DNA from: Macrostomum lignano
Lineage: Eukaryota
Direction of reading: 5' to 3'
Length of the DNA: 64,000 nucleotides
NCBI GenBank assembly: GCA_002269645.1
Contig: NIVC01000606.1
Location: 124,001 to 188,000 of the forward strand
The translations under genes and the position numbers were made by a program. The notes beneath the pieces are model-generated. The model ran no database searches, was not told the DNA's origin, and saw only the letters and a list, made by a program, of their open reading frames with translations. Shown in pieces: positions 12,911 to 24,453 of the stretch (position 1 is the stretch's first letter; the number at the start of each line of letters is the position of its first letter).

Positions 12911-13339
12911 TCACTCCAAGGTAGACAGCATCATCAGCTGGCGCAGCACCTTAGTCTGGCTGGTCTCCCGGATCTCGCCAGCCAGGAACATCTCGTCAAC
13001 CACAGTGTACACCTTGTAGAAATTGAACACCAAGTCCAGTTCGCACACGTTTTGAAAGTATTCGTTCAGTACCTCGACAAAATTGTGAATAGCCTCCAAG
13101 TACATCAGATTATTGTCGCCAATATCGACGCAGATGCAAAAGTACAAACCTGCATAGCGTCTATAAACGATTTTATAATTGCGAAACTCCACAAAGTTTG
13201 TGTGCTTAGCGTCGCGTACGGTCACGGTGGCGTGTACCTCTTCAATTAACTTCTGCTTCTCCTCGTCGGCAAACTCCATGTACCATTTGGCTAGGCGAGT
13301 CTTGCCCGCCCGGTTCTGGATCAGGATGAATCGGATCAT
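12911..13339 (-). CDS. AP2S1: AP-2 complex subunit sigma (clathrin adaptor small chain), intronless CDS, 142 aa
   Basis: [20 protein letters not shown]...[10 protein letters not shown]...[31 protein letters not shown]...[18 protein letters not shown] is the canonical sigma-2 sequence at canonical length, with ATG and stop intact. Confidence 0.97.
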   Translation of the reverse strand: MIRFILIQNRAGKTRLAKWYMEFADEEKQKLIEEVHATVTVRDAKHTNFVEFRNYKIVYRRYAGLYFCICVDIGDNNLMYLEAIHNFVEVLNEYFQNVCELDLVFNFYKVYTVVDEMFLAGEIRETSQTKVLRQLMMLSTLE

Positions 13340-13968
13340 GCCTGCTGTTTAGGGTCATGCAAATATCAAATTAGGGAATTAAAATTGCATTAATTCCAAT
13401 AGCCCGAAGCAGAACATAGACAAGAGTCTGCAAAAAGAATTATACTATAAAAGTATCTGCAGCCAACTCTGCATTTCCATTAGTTACAGAATTTTGTCTA
13501 TGGTAGAAAAGTGGCTATTCTGGTGGCTCGCGCTACTCTGGTACGAACCAGGGTGCTCTAGCTACATTTTTCAAAATGTCTATGTTAATTTACGTTAAGG
13601 CAATGACCGGTCAATGCTTACCGGGATATTATTTTAGAAAACGAACGAGTCCATGAGCGTAAAATAAAAGTCTATGGTTGTAAGTGGGGGCTTCGCCCCC
13701 ACACCCCCCATTCCTCCTTAAATCCTGATGGACAAAATGACCAATGAAGCTAGCTGGAAGTGAGAAAACATGGAAGTGAGAATTCCCACTTCCAGACAAC
13801 CCCCCATTGTTTGTCTTTCTGCTTCAGACGAGAAAAAACTTGTGACTGTTATTTCAATCAAGCCATACATCAGAGCAGTCGCTAAAAAGCCCGCAGTCCC
13901 AACTAATGCAATTTAGTTATTCTACTAGTTCGGGATTTAGATTGGGAAGATTTCCAATTTACAGGTAT

Positions 13969-14253
13969 AGATGGGGTTGGAGCCTAGTGGTTAGAGCGTC
14001 GGACTCACGACTTAAAGGGTCAGGGGTTCGATTCTCGATCCGACTTGGAACAGTTGGTGTCCTTAAGCAAGACACTTAACTCTGCATTGCTTCAGTTCAC
14101 CCAGCCATAAAATGGGTGCCAGCATTAGCTGGGGCAATTGAGGGTGTGTGGCGACCCCCTAGGAGTCCTTGGACTGAACAGCCGTACGCAGCCTTCAGAT
14201 GCGCCGCGCCTTCAGATGGCTGCGGCTGAGCTGTCGGTTGCACATCTGGCCCA
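13969..14253 (+). mobile_element. tRNA-derived SINE with Nin/Deu-like core, flanked by a 28-bp direct repeat
   Basis: A-box-like GCCTAGTGG and B-box GGTTCGATTC, followed by GTGTCCTTAAGCAAGACACTTAAC...CACCCAGCCATAAAATGGGTGCC, which resembles the Nin/Deu SINE central domain. Flanked by ATTGGGAAGATTTCCAAT(TT/CC)ACAGGTAT at 13941-13968 and 14254-14281. Confidence 0.8.
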
Positions 14254-14774
14254 ATTGGGAAGATTTCCAATCCACAGGTATGCAAAGGTCCTTGACCTAT
14301 ATACCTACATTTCGCTATCTCTACCCCAATCACCCACACAGCCCACTCAATTACTCGGATTACCTACAGTAGAGCTATTTTTGGCTGACTCACTGAAAAT
14401 TTCGTCAGCAAATGTGAACGAAAACGTAAAAACCGGCTTTTTTAAATAGCACGCTGTTTATACACTGAAGCTCCTATAATTAACAGGTGACAGAATGCTT
14501 GCTGATGGCATTGCTAAAAATACTTTATTATTAACAGTAAGCAGTACTGGGACTATTGTTTGTTAACCTAAATGTTGCTGCTGTTGACAAGGTTTAGGGT
14601 TACGCAAAGTTGTTGACTAATAAAACAAAACGTTTTACTCATCAACTTGCTAGCAATGTCCGTGGGAATAGACGATTAAACTAATCTATTCTACGAGTAC
14701 TATCAATATTTTCAATACTTTCAACTTACACCAAATTCAATATAGTTTGGCCTACTAATAGTAACAATATACAG

Positions 14775-14935
14775 ACAGCTCAGCCCCACAACCCAGCTCC
14801 AGATTGCTAATGCTGGCACACATTTTACAGCTGGCTAAATGGAAGCAATGCAGATTTAAGTGTCTTGCTCAAAGGACAAAAATTGTTCCGTGTGAGTTAA
14901 GAATCGAACCTCCGACCTTCCAGTAAGCCTAGCTG
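14775..14935 (-). mobile_element. Second, inverted and partial copy of the same SINE
   Basis: The reverse complement reads GGTTCGATTC...GTCCTTTGAGCAAGACACTTAAATCTGCATTGCTTCC...CAGCTGTAAAATGTGTGCCAGCATTAGC...GGCTGAGCTGTC, which aligns to the copy at 13969. Confidence 0.7.
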
Positions 14936-15269
14936 ATAATAAAAAGCCCCAAATGAAAACAGCACAAATCGATTTAACGGACACAAAAAACGCCCTAGAA
15001 ATTTATTGAGTTTTATTATTCGCTGGAAACAAATTTGAAACCCGATTGACATGCAGTCCGATGGGATAAACAAATAGTTAACTAATGAGACTAATACAGT
15101 ACTATGGTAGCCAAATAGGGATGAATTTGGGTTTGGAACACATGACGAAATTTTTAATGTTAAGAATATTTGACAAAACTGACGCAATACTTCAATATTA
15201 ACAAGCGATTCGAATACAGATTAAGGAAGTGAAGCAAGCTTCGTTTACCCTTCGGGACAGGCAGTTGAA

Positions 15270-16351
15270 TCAGGCATATTTCTTATAGAATTTGCGCACA
15301 ATAGTACTTGGCCGCAGTTGGCCGCTAATGCCGTGCGATTCGGCCCAGCGTTTCAATTCGGCCGACCGCTCCGCGTTCACCTGGGCGGCTCGCTGGCGCA
15401 GGCGCTCGCGCTCCTCCTCTGGCACAGTCGGCTGCGCCTGCCCGGCAACTAGCGGCTTCTTGCCCTTCTGGCCGGACGTCCGTTCGGCAAACAGCAGGCT
15501 GTACCAGCTGACATTGGCCAGGGCCGGCATGCCGTGCCGGCGGGCGAACAGCTGCATCTTGCGGCGAGCCTTCTTGGCGGCTTCTTTTGCCGAGGCGTCG
15601 GCGCTGGACTCGACTGCTGCCGACTGGGACTTGAGGGCGGCGGCCTGACGGTGAAGGGGGGCGAGGTGACGGTGATATTTGACTAATTGATAGGGTGAGA
15701 TTTGACTAATTGGTTAGCGATGGTAGGGTGAGATTTGACTAATTGGTTAGCGATGGCAGGGTGAGATTTGAGTAATTGGTAAGGGAGATGGCAGGGTGAG
15801 ATTTGAGTAATTTGTAGGGAAATGGCAGGGTGAGATTTGACTAATTGGTTAGCGATGGCAGGGTGAGATTTGAGTAATTGGTAAGGGAGATGGCAGGGTG
15901 AGATTTGAGTAATTTGTAGGGAGATGGCAGGGTGAGATTTGACTAATTGGTAGGGATATGGCAGGGTCAGATTTGACTAATTGGTAGGGAGATGGCAGGG
16001 TGAGATTTGAAGACCAGAATTATATTTGAAACCCACAAAGACAGCCAAACTCACTTCCTCCTTGAGCTTGGCCAGCTCAGCCTCATCCAGCTGTTTGTAA
16101 ATTCGCGCCACCTCTGCCATGGCGGCTGCTGGCGTTAAGCCGGGGTTCTCTGATCGAACTTTAGCAAAGTTTGATTTGACAAACACTGCATAATGATTTA
16201 CCGGCTTAATAACCGGCTGCTCCAGAGACGACAGTGTCTTGGACAGCAGGTGAGCCTGGCCGGGTTTCTTGTACAGCTGCCAGCTGATGCCGGCAACCTG
16301 CCTGGCGCAGACTCGAATGCCATTGGCAGCGGCAAGGGCGGAGCTGAGCAT
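15270..16351 (-). CDS. HMG-box protein, TFAM-like (2 exons: 16055-16351, 15270-15644; 223 aa)
   Basis: Exon 1 has a basic/hydroxylated presequence-like N-terminus, then an HMG box (PVIKPVNHYAVFVK...AMAEVARIYKQLDEAELAKLKEE). Donor GTGAGT and acceptor CCGTCAG join in phase 0. Exon 2 holds a degenerate second box (GMPALANVSWYSLLFAE...ELKRWAE) and a basic tail. Confidence 0.78.
15685..16008. repeat. 33-35-bp intronic minisatellite (GATTTGACTAATTGGTAGGGAGATGGCAGGGTGA)
   Basis: About 9-10 tandem units fill most of the HMG-gene intron. Confidence 0.9.
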
Positions 16352-16477
16352 TAGGGCTGGAGTACGGGATAGCTTAATTTATTGCCTGTGCTAATTTAGC
16401 TATGACATATAAGTACATTTCCCATAACCACTGAAACTTCCATTCCAGGCATTTGAGGCTAAATCATTGAGATATAG

Positions 16478-16740
16478 AGACTTTAGGGATCTGGGTTGGG
16501 ATCTAAAGACTTTAGGGATCAGGTCAGGATCTAAAGACTTTAAGGATCTGGATCAGGATCTAGAGACTTTAGGGATCTGGGTCGGGATTTAGAGACTTTA
16601 GGGATCTAGGTCGGGATCTAAAGACTTTAAAGATCTGGGTCAGGATCTAGAGACTTAGGGATCTGGGCCAGGATCTAACAACTTTAGGGATCTGGGCCAG
16701 GATCTAGAGACTTTAGAGACAGGCTGGGATCTAGAGACTG
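16478..16740. repeat. 29-bp minisatellite (AGACTTTAGGGATCTGGGTCAGGATCTAG)
   Basis: About 9 tandem units just upstream of the HMG gene start. Confidence 0.9.
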
Positions 16741-18310
16741 TGAAAAAATAGGCATAAGCAATAAAATGTTAAAATAAAAGCAAAATTCATAAACAACTAT
16801 GAACAGCAAAAGTTTTTGAGCACATATACATATAGTGAAATTAGTCATTGACTACATGCATATATTATAACAAAAAATAGAGACTTTTCTTAGTTAGTCA
16901 ATATAAGTAAAAATATATGTGTTTTTAAACACTAACATTAAATTATTTAAGTGCAAAAATAGGCATATAGCTTACTTTCTATCTGCTATCATGCAAATCA
17001 TTGTAGAATACCTATTAGCAAAGCATTACCCTCACAAATTATGACAATGAATTATGATAAATATTGCTTACAAAATATAAAATTCTTTATCAGTTACAAG
17101 ATTTTTAGATTTAGTAGACTTTTAGACTAGACTCTAGTTTGAAGTCTCAATGATTTTTTAAAACAAAATCTCAATATATCAGCTTTTTATGTTCATACTT
17201 GAACATAAAACTTCAAATTTCAATCTAGTAGACTTGAAATTTTCAAAAAAGCCTACTACTAATACTAGCTTCAAATCTTTTATATCAACCTTAAATAATA
17301 ATATTATAGATTCAAATCTTAACAAATCTGATCTAAAAGCTTTTTGTTTTAGTTGAAGCAAGGGGCTATTTGCACCTTGGTGCACCCTTAGAAAACTGTC
17401 ATAGTTGGCAAGAAGCACTATTGCCCATTCTATTAACTTTTCTAAGCAAGTATATAAGATATATATAGCCAATGTGCATAAGCATATACTCATATAGGAG
17501 TATACATGTACAATAGCCCTAGGGCCTAATATTTATCATTGGGCATGTATACTTTAATGTGCCTTGGCTTAAGGGTTGGTTTTCAATAATATCAAATATG
17601 ACCTAAGCTACTATGAGTACTACTAGCTATTACTACCAAACTGATTTGCTTTAGATGCCATTGGCATTTTAGATATCAGCCAACTAGGACTACTAGTATA
17701 CTAGGTCTATATGCATAATGCAGTATAATCTAGAGCTCTATCTCCATGGCTCTATAAAGGAAAATTCCCTACATTGGCTAGGAATAGGCCTAGAAAATAG
17801 TATTATCCTATTAATGATAGCCCTTTAGGCTAATATGTTTATATTAAATAGAAAATTAAATATGCATGTATAAGAATAGACCTACTACTAGGCCTACTAA
17901 CTCATTAATAGGCATATTATCTGATGGCTAAAGACAAAAGTATATAGGCTAATATCCTATATATAAAGCTAAGTGGACTAGCCCCTTTAATGCGTATCTC
18001 CTCCTAGATAGCTGCTAACTCAACAAATGCAGGACATATAATATAATATATAATTTCTGAAATCGATAACATAGATACCTTTAGAAGTCTAAGATACCAA
18101 AAACCATTTTTAGTATATGGTCTATGCCATGGATTTAGTATAGGTAGATTGTGGATGTATAGCAAAAATAAGATATATATATATAAATATAAGATATAGG
18201 TCTTACATATATATAAGAACTATATAAAAAATAGATCTTAAAAATTTAAATACTAGCAAAAATTATATTCCATTCTGCTATACAGATAGAATTTAGATTG
18301 GGGCTAGTCA
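16741..18310 (-). mobile_element. Heavily mutated transposon relic, possibly hAT-like
   Basis: Residual minus-strand frames (...DLLRFESIILL...; YCIMH; RLTKKSL-like after back-mutating C>T/G>A) loosely resemble hAT transposase motifs. Only 2 CpG found by eye in 16741-18455. The family call is weak. Confidence 0.3.
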
Positions 18311-18455
18311 GTGGCAGATCATGACATGGGCAAGAAGACCATGGTCTTTCTACCTTAACTGGGCCAAAAAAATAGGCCTTCCATAAATTTTTGTCAGGGC
18401 AGCCAGGCTTTCACAATTTTTGTCTGGATGATAAACTATTGTAGTAAAGTGACTG

Positions 18456-21400
18456 ATGGCCGTGGCCGCCGCCGCCGACGATGATATAGGGTTAGTCGGC
18501 TGTTCGGCTACAATTCCTTCATCAAAGTTTTGCTAAAATTTAGAAAAACGAAATTTTAGGAATAAAATTATAGCTCTGTAATTTATTATTTAGTTTATTT
18601 TTTAATTGTAGTTCTAGTTTTTGTTTAAATGTGTTAGTGTAGGATGTGTCCTGAGCATAATTTACTGCGCAAACTCAAATAAACTTCATTTTGACAGTCG
18701 AAGCGCGCGCATTGATTAACTGTGTCTGTATTCCTATCTCGGCCAGCATTCCCCCAGCAACTAATTGTACAGGCATGATGTTCAAATGTAACTAGAAATC
18801 AGCGCCCTCCCCATTGGGAAGCAACAAAAATAGAATAAAAATATTTAATACCTTACATGTAGCCTCTGACCTCTCAAGTCTCAGCATTATTGTCATGTCT
18901 TGAATCAAAAAAATTATTATTGATAGTGATAGGTCTTTTCAGGCTTAATAATGGCTATTCATTTTCAGTATTTTGTTCAGATGAAAATCTAAATATACTA
19001 AATCTCTAATATTCTATATACTAATTTTGCACTGTTTGTTTGTCTATCATTGATTTTCTCATAAATTACTATTTTTAATATAAATACAACCTAATATGTA
19101 ATTTTCTAACCATTTTCTATACTTTTTCAATGCGACTTATAAATTGAAATTATTGTAATATTTTACCTGTTTATTAATGCATTCTACCTTCCTTTTTATA
19201 CTAATCAGTTTGACTTAACTAGCTAACTGATGGTACTAGCATCTAGCACCAACAATCACAATATATTTTTTCAGCTTACTCAACTAAAGGTACAATATAG
19301 CCATGGATATAAAATACCCTGTCTTAATTTATACTGTATTTTTATTTGATATTATTTTTATAAAAGAAAAAAATTACACAATTTCTCTTTGTATCACTTT
19401 GCTTTATCTAATGATATTGTAGTGAATAGGCATTTTGTTTTTAGATAACATCTAAGTATAGATCAGCCTAGCCTAGTATAGTAGTGATGTAATATAATAG
19501 AACCTGATATACTATAGGATAGGCACCTCTTTATAAAGGTTAAATGCTAAAACAGACTAAAAAAGGCCTGTCTACATAACTATTTTGACAATTGCATTAG
19601 TCAAGTCCTTATCTTAATTTTAATCAATCATATGGGCCTAAAGTATGATAAGTAAATATAAGTTATTATATAAGTGTTATTTAAGAAGATTAGAGGGCCT
19701 ATTGGTTTTTTAACAGAATAGTATAATAAAGTATGACAACTTTGATTAGATAGAAACTATTATTATATAACATAAAATTAATGAAAGCAAAAAATGTTTT
19801 TGTTAAATTTAGTAGCAATCCATTTTTTCCTTGTTTTTTAATTGATTTGTATATAATAAATACTTAGATCTAAATAAATATAAAATTTATATGCATTTCA
19901 GCTTTGAATCTTCTTACTACGCTTAAATCGAATCAGCTGCTAAAAGCTTCAAATTTAAACAGAAAACGAAAAATATTTATTATATTATCTTATAGTTCCA
20001 ATTAAGAATAAGTAAAAATTCTTTGTTTAATTAAAAGGTTGGCTGTCTTTGTGGCTAACCCAGCAATTGCTAAGCTGGAGCCAACTTGGCAGCATCATCA
20101 TAGCAGCAGCTGCCCACTAATAGGCATTGGCAATCCCCTATTGGACTTGACTGTTCATGTCCAGCCTGATGTTTTGCAACAATACAAACTTGAAGAGAAT
20201 AGCCAGTGTTTGGCTGGACAGCATCATGACAGTCTATTCGATGCTATCATCAGTGGCCAGTTGGGCTCTTGTGTTCGGCTGCCTGGTGGAGCCACTATGA
20301 ATTCTATTCGGGTGGCCCAGTGGCTGCTAAGTGAGTGATACAGTGCTTATACATGAAAATTTAAAATTGCACCTCAAAAATAGACTCGAGGACTCGAGGT
20401 ACGAAACTACACCTTGTTTTTTTGATACAATGTACATCAGATTGTCTGTGTAGAAGTATCAACTTCCGCTGCCTTTAAAAAGTTTGATATAACTTAGCTA
20501 GATTGGTGAGTGGGCTTGTCTCAGGTTTGGTTTCAACCTTCAGGCAATGGCGACAGCAGATCCTCAGCCACTGGATTCCTTGGCGCAGTTGGCACTGACG
20601 AAGCCGGCCAGTTGCTGTTCGATCTAGCTGGGCGAGCCGGCCTCCAGGCCCGATTAGAGCGAGTGTCCAGCAAGCCAACTGGCATCTGCGCCGCGCTCAT
20701 CACTGGCCAGAATCGGACCCTGGTGACTCGGCTGGGCGCTGCGCTGCATTTCAGCGACGCCCATCTGGCTAGCGAGCCGTGCCAGTCGCTGGTTAATCAA
20801 GCTCGGATGCTTTACATTGGCGGATTCTTTTTCTCGTCTAATCCTGGCGCTATTGCTCGATTAGTGAAACTGGAGGGGCCGTTGATTGCTATGAATTTGC
20901 ACGCCACTTTTCTGTGCGAAAATTTTGCCAATCCTGAGGTGAGTATGGTATAGTTGCAGATTAGTATATACTCGTATATACTTGCTTAAATACGAGTACC
21001 ATGGGTATTTCCTGTTGTTATTGCCAGCAAGCTAATAATAGAATAAAACCCTAAGCCAGGGAATTTCTAGAGAGGTCTTGAGATTTATTATCTAGGCTGG
21101 GATCTAGAGATTGAGGATCTGGGCATGGCTGACATCTAGAGATTGAGGATCTGGGCATGGCTGACATCTAGAGATTGAGGATCTGGGCATGGCTGACATC
21201 TAGAGATTAAGGATCTGGGCATGGCTGACATCTAGAGATTAAGGATCTGGGCATGGCTGACATCTAGAGATTGAGGATCTGGGCATGGCTGACATCTAGA
21301 GATTGAGGATCTGGGATTGGCTGAGATCTAGAGATTGAGCATCTGGACTTGGCTGACATCTAGAGATATTGAATCGAACCATCGGCAGCTGCTCTCTCGT

Positions 21401-21886
21401 ATCGACCTGCTGTTCGGCAACGAGCGCGAAGCCCTGACTCTGGCGCGTCATCTTGCCGACTGCGGCGACGCAGAATTAGCCAAACTACCGCTGGACTGCG
21501 GCCAGAAGAACTCAATGATAAGTGACGATCTGCTTCTTCAACTGGCCGGCATCATTGTTGGCCGTCTGCGTCAGAGCCGTCGGCCGCGGGTGGTGTTCAC
21601 CCACGGCGCCAAGCCGCTGGCCTTTGCCGCTGGCGGCAGCGGCGGCCCCGTCGGCCACCCGGTGCCGACAGTTGAACCAGCTCGAGTCCGCGACACCAAC
21701 GGCTGCGGCGACGCTTTCGTTGGCGGCTTTCTAGCCGGCGCTGTCGAACAACTGTCCGATCCTGCCTGCGTCCGGCTCGGCCAGTACGCGGCCGAAGTTG
21801 TGATTGAGCAGGACGGCTGCAGCCTGCCAGATTGGGAGCCGCGACCGCCGCCGTCGTCTCAGCTGGACTTGCCGTTGGGTAGCTGA
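18456..21886 (+). CDS. ADK: Adenosine kinase-like, PfkB/ribokinase family (exons 18456-18490, 20038-20330, 20544-20938, 21389-21886; ~406 aa)
   Basis: Motifs GIGNPLLD, PGGATMNSIRVAQW, FLGAVGTD, PTGICAALIT..NRTLVTRLGAA, DLLFGNE.EA and anion-hole DTNGCGDAFVGGF. Exon phases 2/1/0 join without frameshift. The 35-nt first exon is inferred and less certain than the rest. Confidence 0.88.
21094..21366. repeat. 32-bp intronic minisatellite (ATCTAGAGATTGAGGATCTGGGCATGGCTGAC)
   Basis: About 8 units ending ~20 nt before the acceptor of ADK exon 4. Confidence 0.9.
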
Positions 21887-22424
21887 GTTACGAGCGTACG
21901 AGGCACGAGTGGAGTAACTTCAATATATGTGCTGCAGAAACCCCAGCTTTTGAATTGCATGCCGACCTCGTCTCTCCATTGATCAATATAGTTTACTGTT
22001 TAGGTTAAGCGGTAGTATTTACTGTAGCATTCTTAGTCTGTCTTGGCTTCCATTTCTTTCAATCTCTTCTGTTTTTGCAATTGCATGCAGACTGACAGAT
22101 TTTTGCTTCTGTTCAGCTATTGCCCTACGTCCACGTGTTGCTAACTCGGGCTGCTGTAGTGTCTTATCCTATTTATTACAGCTGCTTAGTCTTTAATTAC
22201 GCGCGCTTCAAGCTAGTCAATTATAATTAGCTCATTTTTCAAATTATGTAGGCAATTAACCTTTATATATTTATTTATATGTAGCTACAATCCAAAACAT
22301 GTTAAGCTCCTATTTATTCTTATTTTCCTATTTATCATGAGCCTATGATCGTATGCAATACTATGTTATTAGGCACACTGGTACAACTAAATATTTCCAG
22401 ATCAATAGTTAATATGCATCTAAT

Positions 22425-22780
22425 CTTGTAGCCAATATGCATAGTCTGGTAGTCAATATGCATAGTCTGGAAGTCCATATGCATAGTCTGGTAGTCAATG
22501 TGAAATGTTAATAGTCTGATAGTCAATATGGATAGTCTGGTAGTCAATGTGCATAGTCTGGTAGTCAATATGCATAGTCGGGTAGTCACTATGCATAGTC
22601 TGGTAGTCATTATGCAGTCAATGACTTCACAATGAATAGTCATTGTGAATAGTCTGGTAGTCACTATGCAGTCTGGTGGTCATTATGCATAGTCTGGTAG
22701 CCAATATGCATAGTCTGGTAGTCAATGTGCATAGTCTGGTAGTCAATATGCATAGTCTGGCAGTCAATATGCATAGTCTT
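22425..22780. repeat. 21-bp minisatellite (ATATGCATAGTCTGGTAGTCA)
   Basis: About 16 degenerate tandem units between the 3' ends of ADK and SLC23 copy A. Confidence 0.9.
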
Positions 22781-23619
22781 GCAGCTAATGCTGTTTTAGC
22801 TAATGGATGGATACTGTCTGAACACTCCCTGGATGTTTTTATTACCCAGTTGGATTCACCTGCAAGTACTGGCAGACGATGAGACAGCATGGGAACACAC
22901 CGAATGAAGTTTAGCATGTAATGCTGGAAGTAAGAAAAGGAATTGGACTATTTAGTGGTAGAAAAACTTCATGCGCGCTTTGACGGCTATGTATCAATAA
23001 ATATAAAGGAGAGAAAACTTCATGATTGAGTTGGAGTCATGGAGTGTTTGTGAGTGTATTTGAGCTTTGTGCCGTCACACATTCGGTATAGGAATGTCTA
23101 AAAGGCGATGCCTCAAAAATTGACTCCAAATTCAAAAAGCAACCCAGCTAGTAGCCAGAAAACTGCACTGGCAGTCACGCAGTTCAGCATTCATCGGAAA
23201 GTGTGGGTTGATAGTAGCTGATTGACAATAAGCTCGCTAGAGCTCAGGTATTATAGCTTATTGCTGGCTTTTATTCATAATTAGTCGCTAGGAAGTAAAA
23301 TTTATTTGTCTCTAAAGCCAAGCGGCTTAAATCGGAATATTTTTAAAGTTGGTAATGCTAAACAATACTCGTGGAATTGGATAATTATACTACTGGATAA
23401 AAAGCTTAGCGTAGTATTGAATTTGAACCTGACGCCTGGTGGGCTGTATGAATAAATTGAGCATTTGGTCAGACTCGCAGAAAATCTAAATGCAGCATGA
23501 ATACTTCTGAGCAACAGACTCGGATGCTAAGGCTGACACAAACTTTCAGGGTCTGTATATGAATAAACTCAGGCCATACAAAAATTTGCTAAGCTGAAAC
23601 GCACAAAATATTGAGGCCA

Positions 23620-23860
23620 GCCAGTGTCTATGCTCTTATTTTGCTTGATTTGGGTAGCACGCACATGGACCGCTTACAAAGCTGAGCTACCGGGGAAATC
23701 AGCAATAAGGATCCTACATATAAGAAAAAACTTCGCATTGCTTTGCACAGCTTTCCCAGTGACGCCAGCAACGCCCAGAAGTGGATCACAGTTTTAGATG
23801 ATCCCGACGTCAAACCTCCACTGTTACGAGCTAGACATGGTCCTCTGGTCTGGTCAGACA
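23620..23860 (+). mobile_element. THAP-domain relic (P-element-like transposase fragment)
   Basis: The + frame reads KKLRIALHSFPSDASNAQKWITVLDDPDVKPP...LVWSD, the THAP core (LHxFP...KW...VCSxH) with Cys codons mutated. It is homologous to the THAP relic at 38480-38735. Confidence 0.55.
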
Positions 23861-24132
23861 GAGAAACAAACCGTATGCCGGATTAGAAAGAATGCTTTGC
23901 CATCCGTCCCTTGCGGTCTTCCTGGCTGAAACTTCTTACTTCTTTGCATGTGTTTACCATTACATTCGTGTACGGGCTGCTGTTCAGATTCTGTAAGTGA
24001 CTTCGCACTTGCCCTGCCACGGGAAGCCTGCAAGTGCACAATCAATCAATCGACTGTGTCGCAAGTTGCAATTTCGGACCAAAGCAGAAGTCTGCTCGAC
24101 AGCAATATGCAATATACTCTATGCGTTAGACT

Positions 24133-24192
24133 CCATGGCTTTTGCTTATATTCACTCAGTGGGCCATCTAGTGAATATATAGGATCTATGGC
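24133..24192. mobile_element. ~60-bp palindromic remnant of the same P-like family ends
   Basis: CCATGG..TTATATTCACT-loop-AGTGAATATATAGGATCTATGG. The right half resembles the TIR at 38890-38922; TTAGACT occurs on both flanks. Confidence 0.35.
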
Positions 24193-24453
24193 TTAGACTA
24201 AGATTCCGAACTGTAGTGCCTTTCACAGATCCTCCGATAGATTATCTGAGGGTTGCCCAGTCTCATGGATTAAGCTATCTTAGAACTAGAAAGTTATCGC
24301 TCGCTCATTTTATTCATACGGCCTATGATGTCTAGCTTCCACTTGATACTTTGCATTTGATAACTTGCATACGTCGTATGTAAGATTTCATTAAATAAGT
24401 ACATCAACTCGTATATTGAGTTGAGTAGAATGGTTCCCATTGCAGCCAATCCT

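Noticed and set aside
13973-14045. tRNA gene
   Set aside because: It has A/B boxes but no proper acceptor stem, continues into a SINE core and is flanked by a target duplication.
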